A DNA stretch of 63,364 bases, counting the filler, from Pirum gemmata (Eukaryota), in NCBI GenBank assembly GCA_002812295.1. It is 11 parts of 11 records of this genome, joined end to end, with 100 filler letters (N's around TTAATTAATTAA, not from the genome) between each part and the next. Parts side by side here need not be neighbours in the genome. Positions count along the whole stretch, not along the records: positions 19,452 to 24,809 come from PDIN01000592.1; positions 24,910 to 30,230 come from PDIN01000593.1; positions 30,331 to 36,350 come from PDIN01000594.1; 8 more parts are not named here. The stretch is one strand, 5' to 3'. Each line of letters starts with the position of its first letter. Positions within the stretch are counted from its first letter, which is position 1. Under the pieces are notes generated by a model, which had not been told where the DNA came from, did not search any database, and worked only from the letters and a program-made list of their open reading frames with translations. Positions 24,489 through 36,096 of the stretch are shown piece after piece. Position numbers and translations under genes: made by a program.

Positions 24489-25322
24489 TATAGTACTATC
24501 TATAAGTTATCTAGATANAAAAAAAAAAAAAAAAAAAAAAATACTTAAAAAATCTAAAAATAGATCTCTACCGATAGATAAAGTAAAAAAAGGGGAAAGA
24601 GTGTAGGTATTGCTTTCAGTAAAATATTTTGTCTTCATTATCACAATTACCATTATTATCGTATTATTATTGTACGTATTGTTATTATTATTATTATTAT
24701 TATGTTTATATTTGTTTTTCATGTTATAGTTGCTATTAAGCTTTTTATTAATATCTATTTATAGTCTCATAATAAAAATAACAATAGCAATAACAATAAC
24801 AATAACAATNNNNNNNNNNNNNNNNNNNNNNNNNNNNNNNNNNNNNNNNNNNNTTAATTAATTAANNNNNNNNNNNNNNNNNNNNNNNNNNNNNNNNNNN
24901 NNNNNNNNNTAAAAATAGTAGCTACTATTTATAGCTATATAAATATTATTTATGGTAACTGCGAATCACACTGTGCTCCTAGCACTGTGCTCACTGCTCA
25001 GTGCTCACCCCTCCTGAGTCCTGACTCTATCGTGTTTTTTTTTTTTTTTTTTTTTTTTATTGAAAAAAAAATAATAATAATAACTGTCCAGTTCAAAAAC
25101 TGAAATAAAGGTAGCCTACAAAATTATATTTACAATACCAGTAAAACTATTATTAATAAAAAAATGTTTTATTTTTAATTTGTTATTTTATTATATTATG
25201 TTGTATTTTATAAAAAAGTTCAATTGTATACTTAAAAAGTACCACGTTTATAAAATATTCTTTTAAAACCTAGTTATGATATTTACTACTACATAATACT
25301 ACTATAATACTACATAATACTA

Positions 25323-25509
25323 CAGTGCTTTTCAGTAGTTTTGTCATCATAAAATATAAAATAAAGAGTACCAAATTAATACTAAATAAATCCATTGCAT
25401 TTAATTTGGTATATTTTATTATCTATTTATTCATTTTTAAAAAGGTCGATTTAAATATCATAATCAACCAAATAAATATTCAGAGTGACAAAATAAATGA
25501 AAAGCACGA
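25323..25509 (+). mobile_element. MITE family C (about 187 bp, TA-flanked, Tc1/mariner-like); most abundant family
   Basis: TA-CAGTGCTTTTCAGTAGTTTTGTCA...TGACAAAATAAATGAAAAGCACGA-TA. Further full or partial copies near 11430, 12070, 14645, 16610, 21246, 21790, 22082, 22665, 23795, 27645, 27887, 28203, 29060, 31560, 46612, 47025, 53965, 54618, 55980, 61338. Confidence 0.88.
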
Positions 25510-25532
25510 TATTAATACATAAAATATTAATA

Positions 25533-25720
25533 ATACTACTACATACTACTACATACTACTACATACTACTACATACTACTACATGTACATACTACTACAT
25601 ACTACTACATACTACTACATATTAATACTACTACATACTACTACATACCGCTACATATACTACAACAACACAACTACAACATACCACTACTACTACATAC
25701 GTATACTACATACTATTACT
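25533..25720 (+). repeat. (ATACTACTAC)n decamer repeat
   Basis: Multiple perfect 10-mers decaying distally. Confidence 0.9.
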
Positions 25721-25721
25721 A

Positions 25722-25906
25722 TAGTGCTTTTCAGTTGTTTTGTCGTCATAAAATAAATAATAAATAGTACCAAGTTAACACAATATAAATCCATTTAATT
25801 TAATTTGGTATATTTTATTATATATTTATTGACTTAAAAGTATCAATTTAAATATTATAACCCTCCAAATAAATATTCAGAGTGACAAAATAAATGAAAA
25901 GCACGA
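25722..25906 (+). mobile_element. MITE family C copy
   Basis: TA-TAGTGCTTTTCA...TGAAAAGCACGA-TA. Confidence 0.88.
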
Positions 25907-27046
25907 TACATAATACTACTACATACTACTACATACCTAGTACTACATACTACAACATACCACTAGCTAGTCTACAACGATGAACTTGGGTAAAATTGAA
26001 TAATTTTTAATTTGTTGATGCTATTAATACCAATATACGGTTAACGTTGTTGATTGTTGCAAATTGATACTACAAATTTTTTGATTGTTGCAATTAATTT
26101 GTACTACGACTGCATGGTTGTTGATTGTTAGTGCTACAAATTTGTTGATTGTTATAATACTTAATTGACTTTACGAATGTATGGTTGTTGATTGTTGGTG
26201 ATACGAATACGGTTAGGGTAAGGGTCAGGGTCAGGCTCCGGGTTAGGGTTAAAGAATTATGGTTAGGGTTAGGAATCGGGTTAGGGTTTGGGTTAGCATT
26301 TGGGTTACGGTTACGGTTATAAAAATTACGGTTACGGTTAACGTTATGAATTAGGGTTAGGAAAGTGTTGGGGTTGAGGTTGAGGTTGAGGTTAGGGTTA
26401 GTAGGGTTAGGGTTAGGGTTAGGGCTGATGCTACAAATACATGGTTGTTGATATTGTTGGTGCTACGAAAATGGTTGTTGATTGTTGCAATTGGTGCTAC
26501 AATTATATGGTTGTTGATTGTTGCAATTGGTACTACAATTATATGGTTGTTGATTGTTAAATGTATAATTATTATCAGTAGGGTTATTGTTAGGGTTAGG
26601 GTTAGGGTTAGTCTAGGGTTAGGGTTAGGTTTTACAAAACAGAAAACAATATTCGAATTCATATGCATAAGTATTTATAACAGGGATATCGGAGACATAA
26701 ATGAACCGGAAAACATTAACATGCGGTGAAATCAAAATTTTAAAACAGTAAAAATTGTTAGCTATATTAATATATATCATATAATTAAGCTTTAGATTAG
26801 GGTTAGGGTTATGGTTAGGGGATAGATTAGAGCGTAGTAGTAGTGGCGGTGACAATTGTTGTTTTCGGTTATCATATAGCTATATATATAAATCGGGTTT
26901 AATTTTACTAGGTTTTGCACAATATATATTTTTTTTAACTACCATAATATTTAAAATCATACATGAGATATAGAGCTCAAAAATCCAAAAATCTCAAAAT
27001 AATCCAATTTTAATGAAAGTACTATAGGGTTAGGACTAAGGACTCT

Positions 27047-27140
27047 ACCTAAGCCTAAGCCTAAGCCTAAGCCTAAGCCTAAGCCTAAGCCTAAGCCTAA
27101 GCCTAAGCCTAAGCCTAATCCTAAGCCTAAGCCTAAGCCT
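27047..27140 (-). repeat. (TTAGGC)n microsatellite, read as CCTAAG on +
   Basis: About 15 hexamers. Confidence 0.95.
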
Positions 27141-27357
27141 ATTAATGTTTTGAGACTTTTTAAAACATGTGAGTGTAAATTTAAAAACGTAATAATCAGT
27201 AAAACGTATTTAAAAATTTTTTGGAGGTGATGCTTATCATCTTATGTATATGTACTATGATATACATGTGATTAAAAAATTATATGGTCAATGCAAGAGT
27301 ATTACAAGTTTCACCACTCTTTTAATTAATAATAAAATATACAATATATTTTTTTAA

Positions 27358-27598
27358 CTACCGGTACCAAGCCGGATAAAAATGGCGACATCCGCCATTT
27401 GAGCTCAAAAATCCAAAAATCTCAAAATAATCCAATTTTATTAAAAGTACTACCAAACATTGAGAAATAATTTATCTAATAAAACTCTATTATGAACCAA
27501 TAGCCAGTTTTTAAAAACAATTTGGTTGATTATTGTTAAAGTTTTTAGAAAAGAAGTTTAAAAAAATATGATTTCTACAGTTTTATCCGGCTTGGCTG
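27358..27598 (+). mobile_element. MITE family D (about 240 bp, TTAA-associated, possibly piggyBac-type)
   Basis: TIR core CCAAGCCGGATAAAA/TTTTATCCGGCTTGG; TTAA on the left. Other copies at about 29570-29732, 36244-36295, 40935-41148, 56130-56300. Confidence 0.8.
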
Positions 27599-28821
27599 TT
27601 TAAAAAAAAACTAATTAATTCAAGAACAGTTATTAAATGATATCATAATAAAATATACAATAAAGAGTACCAAATTAATACAATATAAAACCATTTTATT
27701 TAATTTGGTATATTTTATAATCTAATTATTAATTTAAAAATATCAATTTAAATATNTTATTAAAATTTTATAATAATTATTTTTAGGTATAATAGACTAC
27801 TATTAATACTAGCTAGAGTACATGTGAGAAAATTATATTAATATAATATTAGTAATATAATATTATTATATAATATATTATTATCGTACTTTTAATTTAT
27901 TTTGTCACTCTGAATATTTATTTGGAGGGTTATGATATTTAAATTGACATTTTTAATCAATACAATGTCATATAGATAATAATAATAATATATACCAAAC
28001 TAAATTTTAAATGGACATATTAATATAATATATTATCATAGTAATTATAATTATTATATTTTAATATATGAATAATTGTATTATGTATTTATATAACCCT
28101 ATTTATGTGTATGATATATAAATAATAATATTATTATTAATTATTAATATTATTAAATTTAAAATAATAATAATAATAATTATAAATATGTATACGTAGC
28201 ATTGTGCTTTTCATTTATTTTGTCACTGAATATTTATTTTGTTGGTTATAATATTATTTAAATTGATATTTTTAAATTAATAATTATATTATAAAATATA
28301 CCGAATTAAATAAAATGGATTTACATTAGGGGTGTTCGGTTTGTAGACCTTCACCACTTGAGAATATGCTTTTTTCGCAGCCCCGCTTGATAGCAGAAGG
28401 GAAGGTCTTGATAAAAAGGCGAAAAATCGGTTCTCATTTTCACCTTTTCAAGGAGTTCAAGCAAATTTTTTCTTGACCTCTTTTTTGATAATCAGCTTTC
28501 TCTTGCTAGATCATCATATATATAATTAGAATCAAGTGATAGAATCGAGCTATGAAAAGTTAACAATTGCAATTGATCAAAAGGTATTTCTGATAGACAA
28601 TTAATTGCAATTTTCAATGTTGTATTATTCCATACATATATAATAATATTCTTAATAATAATATAATATTCCAATAAATAATAATAACAATAATAATAAT
28701 AATATTAATCCAATAAATAATAATAACTTTCCCATCGATTAAATTAATACCCTAGCTATATATGGGTCTATATGTAACCCTAACCCTAAACCACTCTAAC
28801 CCTATTTAAACCCTAAAAGAA

Positions 28822-28994
28822 AGTTCAAATACTACGTAACGCCAATTTCCAGTCAAATAATAGTCAAATACAGCTTCAAATACTCCCTATTTACCTACAC
28901 TTTACCTACCCCTCGACGTTAATTTCTGGTCAAATACCTTCAAATACCACCCACCTACCTACCCCTTGATGTGACGTATTGTTTGAACACTCCC
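28822..28994 (+). mobile_element. Harbinger-type MITE family B copy
   Basis: GTTCAAATACTACGTAACGCC...TGACGTATTGTTTGAACACTCCC followed by TAA. Confidence 0.85.
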
Positions 28995-30426
28995 TAACGC
29001 GTGGTATTTCTGATAGACAATATAATATGATTCTAATAGTATTCTAATAGAATATGATGATTTCAGTTATTTTGTCGTCATAATAATATAATACACAATA
29101 AATAGTACCAAATTAATAAAATATAAATCCATTTCATTTAATTAGTTTGGTATATTTTATTATATTAATTAAGTAGTTTAATTAAAAGTATCAGTTTTTA
29201 AATATAGTTTTTAAATAATTTTTAATAAATATTTGGAAAAATAAATGAAGAGTAAATGAAGTCTACTCAATATTACTCAATGTACTCAGTTATGTACTCG
29301 CTGATTATTATCATAAATATCATAAACTATTTGTGTTAGTTTATTTATTTATATTTTAAAAATTATATAAATAAATAAAGAACATTTTATATTTAGTTTT
29401 TTTATTAGTCAATTTGTGTGCTCCGAGATGCTCCGAGCCGCTGCTGAGGCCCTCGGACGGGAGTCGGACCTCCTCTGAAGATTTTGTCGAAGATTTGGAG
29501 GATCTATCTATAGATTTTTTTTAATTTTTTTTTTTTTTTAGCCTTTTTTTTTAAACATTTCAAATTAGTTTTAAAAACTAGCAATTGGTTCATAATAGAG
29601 TGTTTTAGTTATAATATTTCTTTTAATATTTGGTAGAACATTTATTTAAAAATTGGATCATTTTAAGACTTTATAGATTTTTGAGCTCATTATAGTGCGC
29701 GCATGATGTCCATTTTTTCTCCAGCTTGGTAGTTAAAAAAATAAAAAAATAAAAAAATTTTTTTTTAGCACTAGACTATCACGATTCAGTACGATTCACG
29801 TATGGCGAAAACAATCTAAAAGCGACCTACTTTTTTTTATATTTAAAAAAAATTTTTTTTATCATATGGCATACCTTTCCTTTTTTTTATGTTTGAAAAT
29901 TAAAAGACCTTTCCTTTTTTTTATGTTTGAAAATTTCAAATCTATTAATTGCCTATTATCGATACATTCTTTATAATCGAGAAAACTAAAAATTCTAGTG
30001 TGTGAACAGTGTGTGAACAGTGTGTGAACACTGTGTGAACCCCAAAAGTTGGAGGTTTTTTCATTATTTGCACTATTTCAGATACCCACTATCAGATTCT
30101 AAGGAGTAGGGGTGAAATGACGTCATTTTATTATTACCGAGCAGCTGCCGGAACTTTTCCGATTTTTATGGTTTTTATTACTATTAATGTTCGTATTATT
30201 ACTTTAATTGGTATCTACTATAAATAGATTNNNNNNNNNNNNNNNNNNNNNNNNNNNNNNNNNNNNNNNNNNNNTTAATTAATTAANNNNNNNNNNNNNN
30301 NNNNNNNNNNNNNNNNNNNNNNNNNNNNNNAACAAAACAAACAAACAAACAAACAAACAAACAAACAAACAAACAAACAACAACACTAACAACACCAATA
30401 CAAATAATAATAATAATAATATACAG

Positions 30427-30614
30427 GAAAATGTACTTATGAAGTGCTAGTAGAAGTTGGAGAAAAACATCATTGTGACACTGTTGGGGCTTTATTGAAA
30501 ATTCTGAAAACTCGAAAAGTAGTGAAATACGATCAAATATTTTTGATGTACCCAATGCACAAAGAGGAAGTTATTACTTTAGTTAATGCTGATTACAATC
30601 CCGATGATGGTTAA
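30427..30614 (+). CDS. Last exon of a Costars-domain (ABRACL-like) actin-associated protein
   Basis: Acceptor atacag; KCTYEVLVEVGEKHHCDTVGALLKILKTRKVVKYDQIFLMYPMHKEEVITLVNADYNPDDG*, resembling the Costars pattern 'LVGxLKxAKxRKxVxYxGExLxQGxHDDVxIxL'. Confidence 0.7.
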
Positions 30615-32327
30615 ATCATACCAGGGGGGTCTAAGGGCCTAAAGCAAAGGGGTTAATGACGTCATAATAGTATATATAAAATATTATATTTTTTTGAGCT
30701 TGGATTTATGGGAAAACATAATCGAATCAAACAGCTCGATCCTAATTATTAAATAATGGCAATTTTGAAATGATATTCTTTTTTTTTTAAAAAAAGTTTC
30801 CAGTTTTTTCTATGAAATTTTTTAATGGAATCAAAAGTGAGTTAATACTATTGAAAAATTAGATCGAAAATTTTAAAAAGTTTCGAACTAGTCTCGATTC
30901 GATGGTTTTTCCNNNNNNNNNNNNNNNNNNNNNNNNNNNNNNNNNNNNNNNNNNNNNNNNNNNNNNNNNNNNNNNNNNNNNNNNNNNNNNNNNNNNNNNN
31001 NNNNNNNNNNNNNNNNNNNNNNNNNNNNNNNNNNNNNNNNNNNNNNNNNNNNNNNNNNNNNNNNNNNNNNNNNNNNNNNNNNNNNNNNNNNNNNNNNNNN
31101 NNNNNNNNNNNNNNNNNNNNNNNNNNNNNNNNNNNNNNNNNNNNNNNNNTTGATTATTATTATTATTATATTATTACAAGTAACTTTTTTTTATAAAGAA
31201 AATAATTATTTCAATTTAAATGTAATCCTAAGTTTGTTTTTGGAATTTAGAAAAAGATAAAAATATATTTTTTTTAACAGCCAAAGCGGATAAAACTAGA
31301 AATCTTTTTTTTTTAAAGGCTTGTTTTCTAACTAGCTAAGGGTATCATAACTAGTAGCTAATATACAGCCAAATTATAAAAAATTGCTTTTCAGTTATTT
31401 TGTCATCATAAAATATATTAATATTGATACAATAAAGAGTACTAAATAATTTTTAAATTATTATAAATTAATACTTTTTTTTTTAAAAGGCGCGGCCGGC
31501 TTGTTTTCTAACTGGCTAAGGGTAACTAGTAGCTAATATACAGCCAAATTATAAAAAAGTGCTTTTCAGTTATTTTGTCATCATAAAATATATTAATACA
31601 ATAAAGAGTACTAAATAATTTTTAAATTAATATAAATTAATACTATATAAATCCATTTCATTTAATTTATTAGTATATTGTTTTATTATCTATAAAATTT
31701 TATTCATTTAATTAAAAACGTCAAATAAAAAATTATAACCAACCAAATAAATATTCAGAGTGAAAAATAAATGAAAAGCACAATATATCATACCATATTA
31801 TTATAATACAAAATGATATGATATATTATATTAAAATAATTCTATATATTAATTTTATTATTATTATAATATTTTTATTATTATTATTATTATTAAAAAA
31901 AAAATAGGGTCTTAGTTAGACGATTTCTCAAGTTTTGGTATTTTAATGACACTTTCATTAATAATAAAGATTATAGTGGAACGTTATTAGCTGTTGGTTC
32001 CCTCCCAGAATGACAGTAACCTTTATCAACAAAATAGAATCAATATGATCAGGGTAACAAAAAGGCTTACATAATTAGTACCCCTAACCCTAATCCTAAC
32101 CATAACCCTAACCCTAACCCTTAAACAACTACTACACAACTAGCACTAGTAAGGTTAAGAAACAAAGCTTCAAACAATGAGAATTATTTTCACCGAATAC
32201 CAATAATAAAAAACCAACTTCTACAATATCAATTGATTAAAAAACAAACACCATATAGAATCGTAAGCATAACTTCTAATATTATGACAATAACAATTTA
32301 GAAACAAATTAAGTACATTACTTTCAC

Positions 32328-32531
32328 CTGGGAGATGCGTTCGATCCTAATTGTTAAATAGTAACAATTTTGAAATGATTTCACTTTTTTTTTCGAGTTC
32401 AAGTCTTTTGTATGAAATTTCTAAGATTTTTTTTCAACCCTAAGATCCCTAACTTTTAAAAAAATATATATGGAAAAATTTCAAAAATTTCGAACTAGTC
32501 TCAATTCGTTGGTTTTTCCCGCAACTCCCTG
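32328..32531. mobile_element. Dispersed repeat with short imperfect TIR (CTGGGAGATGCG/CGCAACTCCCTG)
   Basis: Interior matches 30737-30912 and fragments near 22820 and 37600; no TSD seen. Confidence 0.6.
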
Positions 32532-32639
32532 GTAGTCTAAGTGTAAAAACATAAAACTAATAACTAATTATCAGAGCTGCAATTTATAACAACCAGGTAC
32601 AAAATTATAAACACTGTTAGGTCATAATCATGTATTGGT

Positions 32640-33710
32640 AAAAACAGGACTATAAAGCATCTCCATCCAATAATAAACATATCATTCTGCTATTAATAAT
32701 ATTATAAAGCAAACCCAACCAATAATAATCAAACGTTATACCTATCACTATCAGCCGCAATTACTACATATATTTTGTATTTTGTTATTAATACTATAGA
32801 GCAAATCCAATCAATAAAAACAAACGGTATACCTATCATTTTTTTATGACACCTATTATAAAGTAAAACCAACCAATATTAATCAAACATTATACCTATC
32901 ACTATCAGCCACAATTACTACACATATATTGTATTTTGTTATATAATATAAAGCAAACCCAACTAATAATAACCAAATGCTATACCTATCATTTTGTTAT
33001 TATTCCTATTATGAAGTAAAACCAACTAATAATAATTAAACGCTATACCTATCACTATCAGCCTCAATTACTACATATAATACATTGTATTTTGTTATTA
33101 ACATTATAAAGTAAACCCAACCAATAATAATCAAATGCTATACCTATCATTTTGTTATTATTCCTATTATAAAGTAAATCCAACCAATAATGATCAAACG
33201 CTATACCTATCACTATCAGCCTCAATTAGTACAAATATATTGGATTTTGTTATTATTATTAATATTATAGAGCACATCCAACCAATAATAATCAAACGGT
33301 ATACCTATTATTTTGTTATTATTCCTATTCTAAACTAAAACCAACCAATAATAATAATTAAACGCTATACCTATCACTATCAGCCTCAATTAGCACAAAT
33401 ATATTGGGTTTTGTTATTACTATTAATATTACAGAGCAAACCCAACCAATAATAATCAAACGGTATACCGATCATTTTGTTATTATTCCGATTATAAAGT
33501 AAAACCATCCAATAACAATCAAATGATATGCCTATCACAATCAAACGCTACACCTATCACAATCACCGTCATTTAGTACAGGTATATCGGATTTTGTTAT
33601 TATTATAAAGCAAAACTTATCAATAATAATCAAACGTTATACGTATGCTTTCGTAATTATTACTATTATAAGGCAATCTCAACCAATAATCAAACGCTAG
33701 ACCTATCCGG
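32640..33710. repeat. Higher-order tandem repeat (alternating long and short subunits, about 155-bp dimer) 3' of GPN2
   Basis: 'ccaaccaataataatcaaacgctatacctatca' followed alternately by 'ctatcagcc.caatta' or 'ttttgttattattcct'. Confidence 0.92.
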
Positions 33711-33857
33711 CTTAAATAGTACTGATAAATTGGGTGATAACAATAGTAATCACCATAATGATAACCAACAACTACAATTAATTGATTATAAAAACAAACA
33801 CAGAAGGACATCATAATCGTAACCATATATCTAATATTCCATTAATAATCACAACCT

Positions 33858-34189
33858 TTATAATAATTCATCAATATATTTTTCCTGTACATCTAAATCT
33901 CTTAACAAATCCAAATGATCACTAGCTGCGACTTTAAAAATGGATTCGTTATTTTCTTCCAAACCACCAAAAACATAACCATTAGCTTTGTCAATAGTAC
34001 GCATAACATTTAACATTGTGTTTTGATCTTCCACCATTAACGGTATAAAGTTAACCAAACCATACTGTTCTACAATATCACAAACAGCTTGATTCAATGA
34101 TTTAAATTGTTTGAAAAATGGATCATTCGATAAACAATCTACTAAGTAATTAAGATCCATGACTTCCGTGTAAAAATCAAGATTAAAAT
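33858..34189 (-). CDS. GPN2: GPN-loop GTPase 2, last exon
   Basis: Poly-T acceptor tttttag; FNLDFYTEVMDLNYL...DPFFKQFKSLNQAVCDIVEQYGLVNFIPL...IDKANGYVFG matches GPN2 'FNLDYYTEVLDLSYL...DKANGY'. Confidence 0.93.
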
Positions 34190-35370
34190 CTAAAAAAAAA
34201 AAAAAAAAAAAAATTTTTTTTTTTTTGGTTTTTTTTTTTTTTTTTTTTGAATCAAAAGGTTACACACTTACAAAAATACACATTAAGTACGATGCCAATT
34301 TAAAATGATATTGTATAAAGTATACTACCAAACAATTAACAACCACAATAACCACAACCACAACCATAACCGCAACCGCAACCGCACCCACAACCACAAC
34401 CACTTCAACAACAACGACAGTGAAAACCACATCAATTAAAGTTAACAACCACAATAAAAACAACCACAACAACCACAACTACAAAAACAACCATAACCAT
34501 AACCACAACCACAATAACAACAACCACAACAACCACAACTACAAAACAACCATAACCATAACCACAACCACGCTCACTTCAAGAACCACAACAACAATCA
34601 TAATTGTCACAACAACACCACCACCAACAACAACAACGAACCTCCAACCCCAACCCAATCCCAACCCCAACCCCAACCTAATCCCAATCCTAATCCCAAC
34701 CCCAATCCCAATCCCAATCCCAATCCCAATCCCACCACAAACACAACAACATCCACATCCACAATCACATCAGCAATGTTTTAACAAAATATTTCCTAAA
34801 AACAACAACAAATTTAGCAATGTTTTACAAACCATTTCCTAAAAACAACAACATGCACGTACAATAATATTTAAATTTAAAATAATATATTTAAATTTAT
34901 TATTAAAACTATAGCTATGTGTGCGCATGATAACAACAATACGGAAATAATTAACAGCAGTTTGACAATAATTATTATACATGTATACTTATTAATTTAT
35001 AAATACATGAATATTAATAATATTTTAATTAAAAGTACTAGTGGTTACTATCTATTTATTCACATATACATATATAGGTAATATATAATATATTATAGCA
35101 AAAAACCAAAAAAACCAATTGCAAAACCAAATTTAAAAAACCAAAACCAAAACCAAAACCAAAACCAATTATTTCGTAATATTAGGAGTTATTAGGCCTA
35201 GTAGGGTTAACGAGTGTTAACGTCAGCCTCTAAAAAAAAAAAGTATAAATATCTTGAAAATAACAAAAAAATAGAAAACACCAAAACCAACACCAAAACC
35301 AAAACCGAAACCAAAATCAAAAACCGAAACCAAAATCAAAAACCGAAACCAAAATCAAAAAATTGCAAAC

Positions 35371-36096
35371 ATGAAATTCACAAATTCCAATATTGCTATA
35401 CTTATTTTTGCAGGACTGGCAGTAGTAACGTCAGCTCATCAAGAAAATAACCATCACATCGATAGCACACCTTCATTAAAACAAATAATTGCTCAAGCTG
35501 TCGATTTCTATCCTGAATCAGTTCACGACTGCATTGAACAGGAGTTAATTCACAACAAACGCTTACAACAATTATCGTTAATATCCTCACCAAAAAGAGG
35601 ACGTAAATTCGATAGATCGTCGTTAACACCAGCACTACCCCGCCCCTCGTGGGTTAGAAAAAAACCGCCCCAACTTGAATTACCTTCAAATTCAAATGAA
35701 CAACACAATCCTAGTCATATTTTTTATAAACCAACTCGAGTACTAGTAGATCCAGTAGTAACTAATAAGCTTAAGTTACCACAATTTTATAAACCTACTC
35801 GTGTTTCTTCCAAATTTCACCAGCCAGGTCACCCTGGGTATTATAAGCCAACTCGTGTTACCAAGAACGATAACCCAGATCCTAATACACTTCAACCACC
35901 GGTACCCCACCCACCTAAACAGGATTCTAAATATGAAAAAGAAGTAGATGTGAATTTGTTAGTATTGCGTAGAAGAAAATTAGCACAAAAGGTTTTACGT
36001 CGAGCAGGTAAAAAATGTATTATTGAACAAGATCACAAAATACATCAAAACGAATATGATCAAGCTCAAATAACTATTATTAATAATTATTTTTGA
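35371..36096 (+). CDS. Intronless secreted Pro-rich protein, 241 aa, with three YKPTRV repeats; function unknown
   Basis: Signal peptide MKFTNSNIAILIFAGLAVVTSA; long non-microsatellite ORF with raised GC; the repeat copies differ only at synonymous sites. Confidence 0.85.
   Translation: MKFTNSNIAILIFAGLAVVTSAHQENNHHIDSTPSLKQIIAQAVDFYPESVHDCIEQELIHNKRLQQLSLISSPKRGRKFDRSSLTPALPRPSWVRKKPPQLELPSNSNEQHNPSHIFYKPTRVLVDPVVTNKLKLPQFYKPTRVSSKFHQPGHPGYYKPTRVTKNDNPDPNTLQPPVPHPPKQDSKYEKEVDVNLLVLRRRKLAQKVLRRAGKKCIIEQDHKIHQNEYDQAQITIINNYF

Noticed and set aside
29416..29500. GC-rich segment as a tRNA or hammerhead ribozyme
   Set aside because: No cloverleaf, A/B boxes or complete CUGANGA/GAAA core with flanking stems could be built.
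31915..32012. Short open frame FWYFNDTFINNKDYSGTLLAVGSLPE* as an exon
   Set aside because: Its 5' part matches a family D MITE fragment; no homology recognised.
32640..33710. CRISPR-like array
   Set aside because: Intervening sequences are homologous to each other, the repeats are degenerate, the context is eukaryotic and no cas genes are present.
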